Assembly (NCBI GenBank): GCA_001662655.1
Contig: KV460216.1
DNA length: 64,000 nt
Source: Pseudogymnoascus verrucosus
Taxonomy: Eukaryota
Direction: 5' to 3' (one strand)
The translations under genes and the position numbers were made by a program. Shown in pieces: positions 62,885 through 64,000 of the stretch; the first letter of the stretch is position 1, and the number at the start of each line of letters is the position of its first letter. The notes beneath the pieces were generated by a model. That model was not told the DNA's origin and did not search any database. It saw only the letters and a list, made by a program, of their open reading frames with translations.

Positions 62885-63383
62885 AATTTCCTCTCTGAGC
62901 TCATGGCTCAGAATATATTTTTGCTTATTTTTTTGTTTTATCGCTGAAGCCATTCAGTTTTAAACCGTTATTTCAATACCTTTTTTGGAGCTGTGTCGAA
63001 GCTGCGAGGAGGGTAAACTGGTTAGCGTACACGAAGAGCAGGCGACTCTCTTCACGCTCAGAAAACAGGCTCCAGGGCATCATATCAGGGTCCTGCCAGG
63101 GAGAGAGTATTGAGGATAGCGCGCTTAGCCAAATTCCCCCCAGTTGACAGTGGTGAAACAGGTCTAAGATGGCCGTGGGGTGCTCTCCTACCAACTAATA
63201 CTACTATTTTCATATCTACAGCGTCGGAAAACTATCACTTCGTTCACATTAATCTGCGTCTATTATATACATCGCAAGATAATCTCTTCCTCTACACTTT
63301 ATATATCATCGCAACGCAGCGCCGCCCTGGCGACAAGGGACCATTCTATCTACGTCGCCTTTCGCGACGCGTCGATCAAAGTG

Positions 63384-64000
63384 ATGTCAACACTATCCAC
63401 TTTCCACCTCTTCCCCAGCCTCCCCGTCGAGATCCGCCTCAAAATCTGGTCTTTACTCCTCTCAATTCCTCGATCGGTAAGATGTACCCAAAACATCATA
63501 AGTCATGCCGCCCCTCGCGTTATCAAAGTCTGGGATACCGATACTCCATCCCCGCCTCTTCTCCACGTGAACCGCGAATCTCGGTACGAAGCCCTCGCCG
63601 TCTATGCACCATATTTCGCCACCCCTTCTAATCCACGACCCATATATCTCTCCCTCCCTCAAGACGTGGTCAGGTTCACGGATGGCCTCCTGCCTTATAT
63701 CCCCGATGGACCCCTGAATGAGATCCAGCATATGATTACGGATACGAAAGATTGTGCTTATTTTGGGTACTATCACATGGGCACTCTAAAGAGCATGAAG
63801 AGGCTGAGGGAGCTGGAGATATATGCAGAGAAGGGCCTAGTCTATGGAGGGGATGATACGGATCGGTTTATTAATTTGCTCGTGTCAGAATTTGAGGACG
63901 CGATGGAGGCTGATCCAGGGTGGGAATGTCCAAAAGTCAGGATTGTCGATGCGCAGACAGGAAAGGACTTGAGGTTTATTGAGGGTGGGGCAAAAATACC
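63384..64000 (+). CDS. 2EXR-domain protein; 3' end runs off the window
   Basis: Open frame absent from the ORF track: MSTLSTFHLFPSLPVEIRLKIW..PPLLHVNRESRYEALAVY..IYLSLPQD. Confidence 0.85.
   Translation, partial: MSTLSTFHLFPSLPVEIRLKIWSLLLSIPRSVRCTQNIISHAAPRVIKVWDTDTPSPPLLHVNRESRYEALAVYAPYFATPSNPRPIYLSLPQDVVRFTDGLLPYIPDGPLNEIQHMITDTKDCAYFGYYHMGTLKSMKRLRELEIYAEKGLVYGGDDTDRFINLLVSEFEDAMEADPGWECPKVRIVDAQTGKDLRFIEGGAKI

Overview
Intron-containing genomic DNA from a filamentous ascomycete (Pezizomycotina); the genus cannot be determined from the sequence alone. The left ~19 kb is GC-rich and carries core or housekeeping-type genes: the 5' part of an NRPS-like adenylating enzyme, an S28 peptidase, a SWC3-like gene, an ABHD12-like hydrolase, NMT1 and cell-surface Cys-rich/WSC proteins. 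From ~20 to 40 kb there are accessory genes: a degenerate Ras-like protein, a frameshifted secreted SH3-like protein, a carboxylesterase, a prokaryote-type dUTPase, an arylsulfatase, an MFS transporter, tRNA-Pro, a bacterial-type hydrolase and a PTH11-like receptor. From ~41 to 63 kb lies a fungal immune (NLR) island: a P-loop-deleted NB-ARC-TPR pseudogene, an AA9 LPMO, a Goodbye-NACHT-TPR-Zn finger NLR head-to-head with a HET gene, a catalytically dead pogo transposase, a hairpin MITE and a SesB-NACHT-ankyrin NLR. The most striking observation concerns the last NLR. It sits in a ~7 kb segment bounded on the left by a 22-nt 5' fragment of tRNA-Asp carrying a 9-bp inverted-repeat, att-like junction, and on the right by the intact tRNA-Asp. 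Shared terminal motifs recur at 50.1 kb. This resembles tRNA-targeted, site-specific and possibly tandem integration of immune-gene cassettes. No recombinase is present in the window, so the mechanism is inferred. Exon boundaries were read by eye and are approximate.
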